A DNA stretch of 64,000 bases from a virus (lineage: Duplodnaviria; Caudoviricetes): positions 1,157 through 65,156 of the IMG/VR virus record IMGVR_UViG_3300032896_000431; one strand, written 5' to 3'. The translations under genes and the position numbers were made by a program. Position 1 is the stretch's first letter. Every line of letters starts with the position of its first letter. Of this stretch, positions 61,901 to 64,000 are shown piece by piece. Under the pieces are notes generated by a model that saw nothing but the letters and a program-made list of their open reading frames with translations, was not told where the DNA came from and made no database searches.

Positions 61901-64000
61901 AACCTGTCCTTGCGAAAGTCGAAACAGCCCGCGGCGTCCATCGACATTGACGATCCTGCGGTGACGGGCGTGCTGGTTAAGGTGATCGATCGATCGCCGG
62001 GAGGCGCCGACGCGGCTCCGCCAGCGACGACTCTCACGCTGCCAATCACGACGCTGCCGGCCTGTGCGGGCACTGGCCTCGCCGGGGTTCGGAGACCGCC
62101 GATTGCCGTCACGGTCACTGTCGCTACCGGGGCGTGGGGCGTGCAGCCGTACGACACCGCCAACAACGCGCTCGAAATCTGCGTGCCAAAGGGGCACGTG
62201 ATCGAGGTCGATATCAGCGTCCTGGTTCCGGCGTCGGAATTTTTTACGGGCGTGACGGCCACGCCGCCAGCGCGCATGATCGCGATCAGCGACTTTGGTT
62301 ACGCGCCACTCGACACCGACCGTTCCCTGATCTGTTGCGGCATGATGCGCTTTGTCGTCGAGGTCGCGACCAACACGTTGCCCGATGCCGGGGCGCTGCG
62401 GGACGCACTGGTGCCCTCGATCGCTGGAGACCAGTTGCGGGTCGCGTTCAATACCCTGCCGACCGCGCCGTTCGCTTACTGCCAGTGGGCTGAGCCGATG
62501 CGTCAGATATGGCGTTGGGATGGCAGGGCATTGGCCGATTTCCCCTGGCCAAAGCTGACGCCAGCTAACACACTCGCGTTCGATCCGCTGGATGCAACGG
62601 ACGGTATCGGGACGGATGCCTGCGCGAACTGGGAAGTGCGAGGTTTTGGCTCGCGCGCGGATACAGATTACTCCCAGCAGCGGGTACGGCTGATTTACAA
62701 TCAGGCGCGATCCGCAAACGAAGTTCCGGTGCTGTATCAGGAGTCGATCGAAGGGGATCGGCGCGCGCTGTATAACCGGTTCGCGGTGCGGGTGATCAGC
62801 CGGTATCAGGGCGTGATCCCGCTGGATGCGTCGGACACGCTCAATCATCTCGGCCGGTCCTCTTTGGAGGCGGCGAAAAGCAATGAGCTGGCGGCCTGGC
62901 AACGTCTGGTCGTACGACCGCGATGGAGCCAGGCGCTGCCTCGCCCGAACCTGCGCTGTCTGCTGCCGCTGTCGAAAGCCGGCGCCCACGGCAAGACCAA
63001 CCTCTTGGCGGTGTTCGACGAGACCTGGTACGACATGGCCGGTTTCGCCGAAATCGCGCGCGCGAAGGTGGCTGCCGCAGCGCCGATCAGCGACGCTCAG
63101 CCGCCCGATGCGTCGCCCATGACCGAAATCGGCTATGACCCGATTGTCAGCGCGCGCGCGTGGGAAAGAGGCGACGATATCGTGTTCGCCGCGTCGGGCG
63201 GGATTGGTTTCACGTCGGACACGGATTCGGACGCGCCGTTGTTCAACACGACGGCATTTCTGATTTCCAGTTCCGTTCCGCTGGATGCATGGACATTCGT
63301 GAAACTGAGTTTTGCCCGCGACATCGCGGCCGGGGCCTCGGCGATAACGATGTCACCCGCAACCGACGCTGACGACGAAGCCTGGACCCCTGGGCACTGG
63401 GTTCAGATCCTGCCGGACTCGGGCCAATTCGATTGTGGCACGCCGGAGGCGCCGGCGTTGATAGCGGCCAGCGATCTGCGGCTCATGCTGACGCCGGCCA
63501 CTCCCCCAGAAAGCGGGACGTCGCTGTCGTTCACGGATGCGAGCGACACGCCGGTCGTGCTGTTGCCGACGCAACTGAAGACCAGCGATGCGGCGAAAGC
63601 CGCGACCGGGTTCGTGACGTTTGAATTCTGGTTGGTGGTCACCGTTGGCATCAGATCGACTGGATTCGAAACGGACGAGAATGGTTTCGCTGGCGAAGCC
63701 TATATCCTAACGGTGAAGCTGGACGGCGCGTCCGCCCTGCTGCCGGCAAAATACGCGCGGGCCACCGGGCCGATCTTCGCGCGGGTCGTGGAAGTGCAGC
63801 GGCGTATCGGCGCGCCCCCGCAGCCATCCGATGGCTCGCCGCCGCCCGACGATCCGCTGTGGCTCGAACTGTTCCCGGATGAAAAGGGCGGGCTGTTGGA
63901 GCCCGCCATGCGGATCGTACGCGTCTCCGATCCGATCGGTGAGAACGGACCGAAATGGAATCAGGGCAAGCCGACAAACCCGGCCGCCCTAGGCGTCTGA
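58994..64000 (+). CDS. Giant hypothetical Pro-rich protein (1668 aa)
   Basis: Intact ORF 9 bp after the previous stop, AGGA RBS, TGA at 63998-64000. Confidence 0.75.
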   Translation: MARTLVIKLDPHELLPTYSAGCTDYSIALTTSVDSASADAADPVVAKQYLTPWRWEAIQAFQVWNLSTPVGQPVDQINTAVTVSPTPAGTPDLSKFLNTLDGTLPDPTPGDLFYDDKNTSGDPEQCFATKLASLQGVGASTPQWLKLVSFARVKTADLPPLPPPVGQQPRKIALVPVIEVPGLAAGQSVVLTPDTVSARTTKPKNDGGAAATFNYLQSPANALPFIVRGEIQLDPPWQPDPGALIDPNNLLVFASGHPNNFGLYSDDWLSGLAARVAEGADLLNLVVAWAEKFLSLDPITIPTPCIITPNPTHGGLYTVRLAFLAACRSVAHAGAKAEAGQAAPPKLLTDPPDPASLADDLIAAVNPSGNPNARHGLVRALREQDANSDSIYSANWDLWRNKFNCLLGNLPGKPAWLNGALVAPSQTDQRLTRDEIDQELLGMRAISTALWRADIASTVITKQWEGVTDPTTNAVIDPTIISSALAAAQSRDRGLRRQLTLGSFGPDLWTKLLTPATGVTDPVAISQAFPEVVADYAKGALGGALPNAQFTSFVTDRAIAYASLATTPTSPPPAVGQTAKNSLLGFNPTRKGNCEYGDGTPTQQSGGLVYAFDRVGPENGAADFLNRLAGVVVFLKQGNASAIGHTLQDLASPANLQGCFGSWRALNIADLYLKYSTTDPAIIERAILPAVRFTTDGGVRHALITYNAHPLIARSPAAKLVGDVNATPPPKGLSRGPIDTEYHAPKKPNGQYEDWARLPELRFGQVYALQAFARTHAGALPSELVAPGGHPAYLKPWSETVDIGTVSTDGTVLARVARYLRRVAVGAPVWQAAPGDPRYGKASPLPAPTLPPIPSGVTPLAPEVPPWSGGGSFDLPLLLLQPNWKALSRPEQHPPPPDTMAPTSFTFQLRMPTVDLETWDHWVATGAVRHTSAAAVAQKAGNAAAADAATKAAKAVQDQRIKVRAEYYTNLSLRKSKQPAASIDIDDPAVTGVLVKVIDRSPGGADAAPPATTLTLPITTLPACAGTGLAGVRRPPIAVTVTVATGAWGVQPYDTANNALEICVPKGHVIEVDISVLVPASEFFTGVTATPPARMIAISDFGYAPLDTDRSLICCGMMRFVVEVATNTLPDAGALRDALVPSIAGDQLRVAFNTLPTAPFAYCQWAEPMRQIWRWDGRALADFPWPKLTPANTLAFDPLDATDGIGTDACANWEVRGFGSRADTDYSQQRVRLIYNQARSANEVPVLYQESIEGDRRALYNRFAVRVISRYQGVIPLDASDTLNHLGRSSLEAAKSNELAAWQRLVVRPRWSQALPRPNLRCLLPLSKAGAHGKTNLLAVFDETWYDMAGFAEIARAKVAAAAPISDAQPPDASPMTEIGYDPIVSARAWERGDDIVFAASGGIGFTSDTDSDAPLFNTTAFLISSSVPLDAWTFVKLSFARDIAAGASAITMSPATDADDEAWTPGHWVQILPDSGQFDCGTPEAPALIAASDLRLMLTPATPPESGTSLSFTDASDTPVVLLPTQLKTSDAAKAATGFVTFEFWLVVTVGIRSTGFETDENGFAGEAYILTVKLDGASALLPAKYARATGPIFARVVEVQRRIGAPPQPSDGSPPPDDPLWLELFPDEKGGLLEPAMRIVRVSDPIGENGPKWNQGKPTNPAALGV

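Noticed and set aside
1-64000. tRNA/rRNA genes, integrase and att sites
   Set aside because: None recognised by eye, so the prophage ends cannot be fixed; tRNAscan and a direct-repeat search with more flanking sequence would be needed.

Overview
GC-rich, probably alphaproteobacterial (Acetobacteraceae-like) DNA, mostly occupied by a contractile-tailed (myovirus-type) prophage at about 0.7-51.8 kb. Left part: two minus-strand early/accessory operons with sigma70-like promoters. One ends in an Aca2/DUF1870-like HTH and carries a DUF3560-methyltransferase; the other encodes beta-clamp-like, DUF6011 and DUF5131 proteins. Then terL-terS (inverted order), portal, scaffold, capsid, neck, sheath, tube, a frameshifted tail chaperone, tape measure, baseplate, Fn3/esterase fibres and a decayed GH19 endolysin. 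The main unexplained signal is that four lower-GC cargo blocks are each bracketed by the same ~32-bp imperfect inverted repeat (GGYAGYGGGTCRGTYTGAAYYTCGGCTTTCGA). Two have near-identical 8-bp flanking direct repeats and none encodes a transposase. Their cargo is a class III cyclase operon, a TPR-CHAT protease, a membrane protein plus Cys-rich protein, and a Schlafen/AlbA_2 protein, which suggests a family of non-autonomous defence cassettes. A DUF3800 moron lacks clear ends. The window ends in a DUF1906 hydrolase plus two giant uncharacterised proteins (2090 and 1668 aa). All family calls come from motif recognition by eye; no database searches were run.
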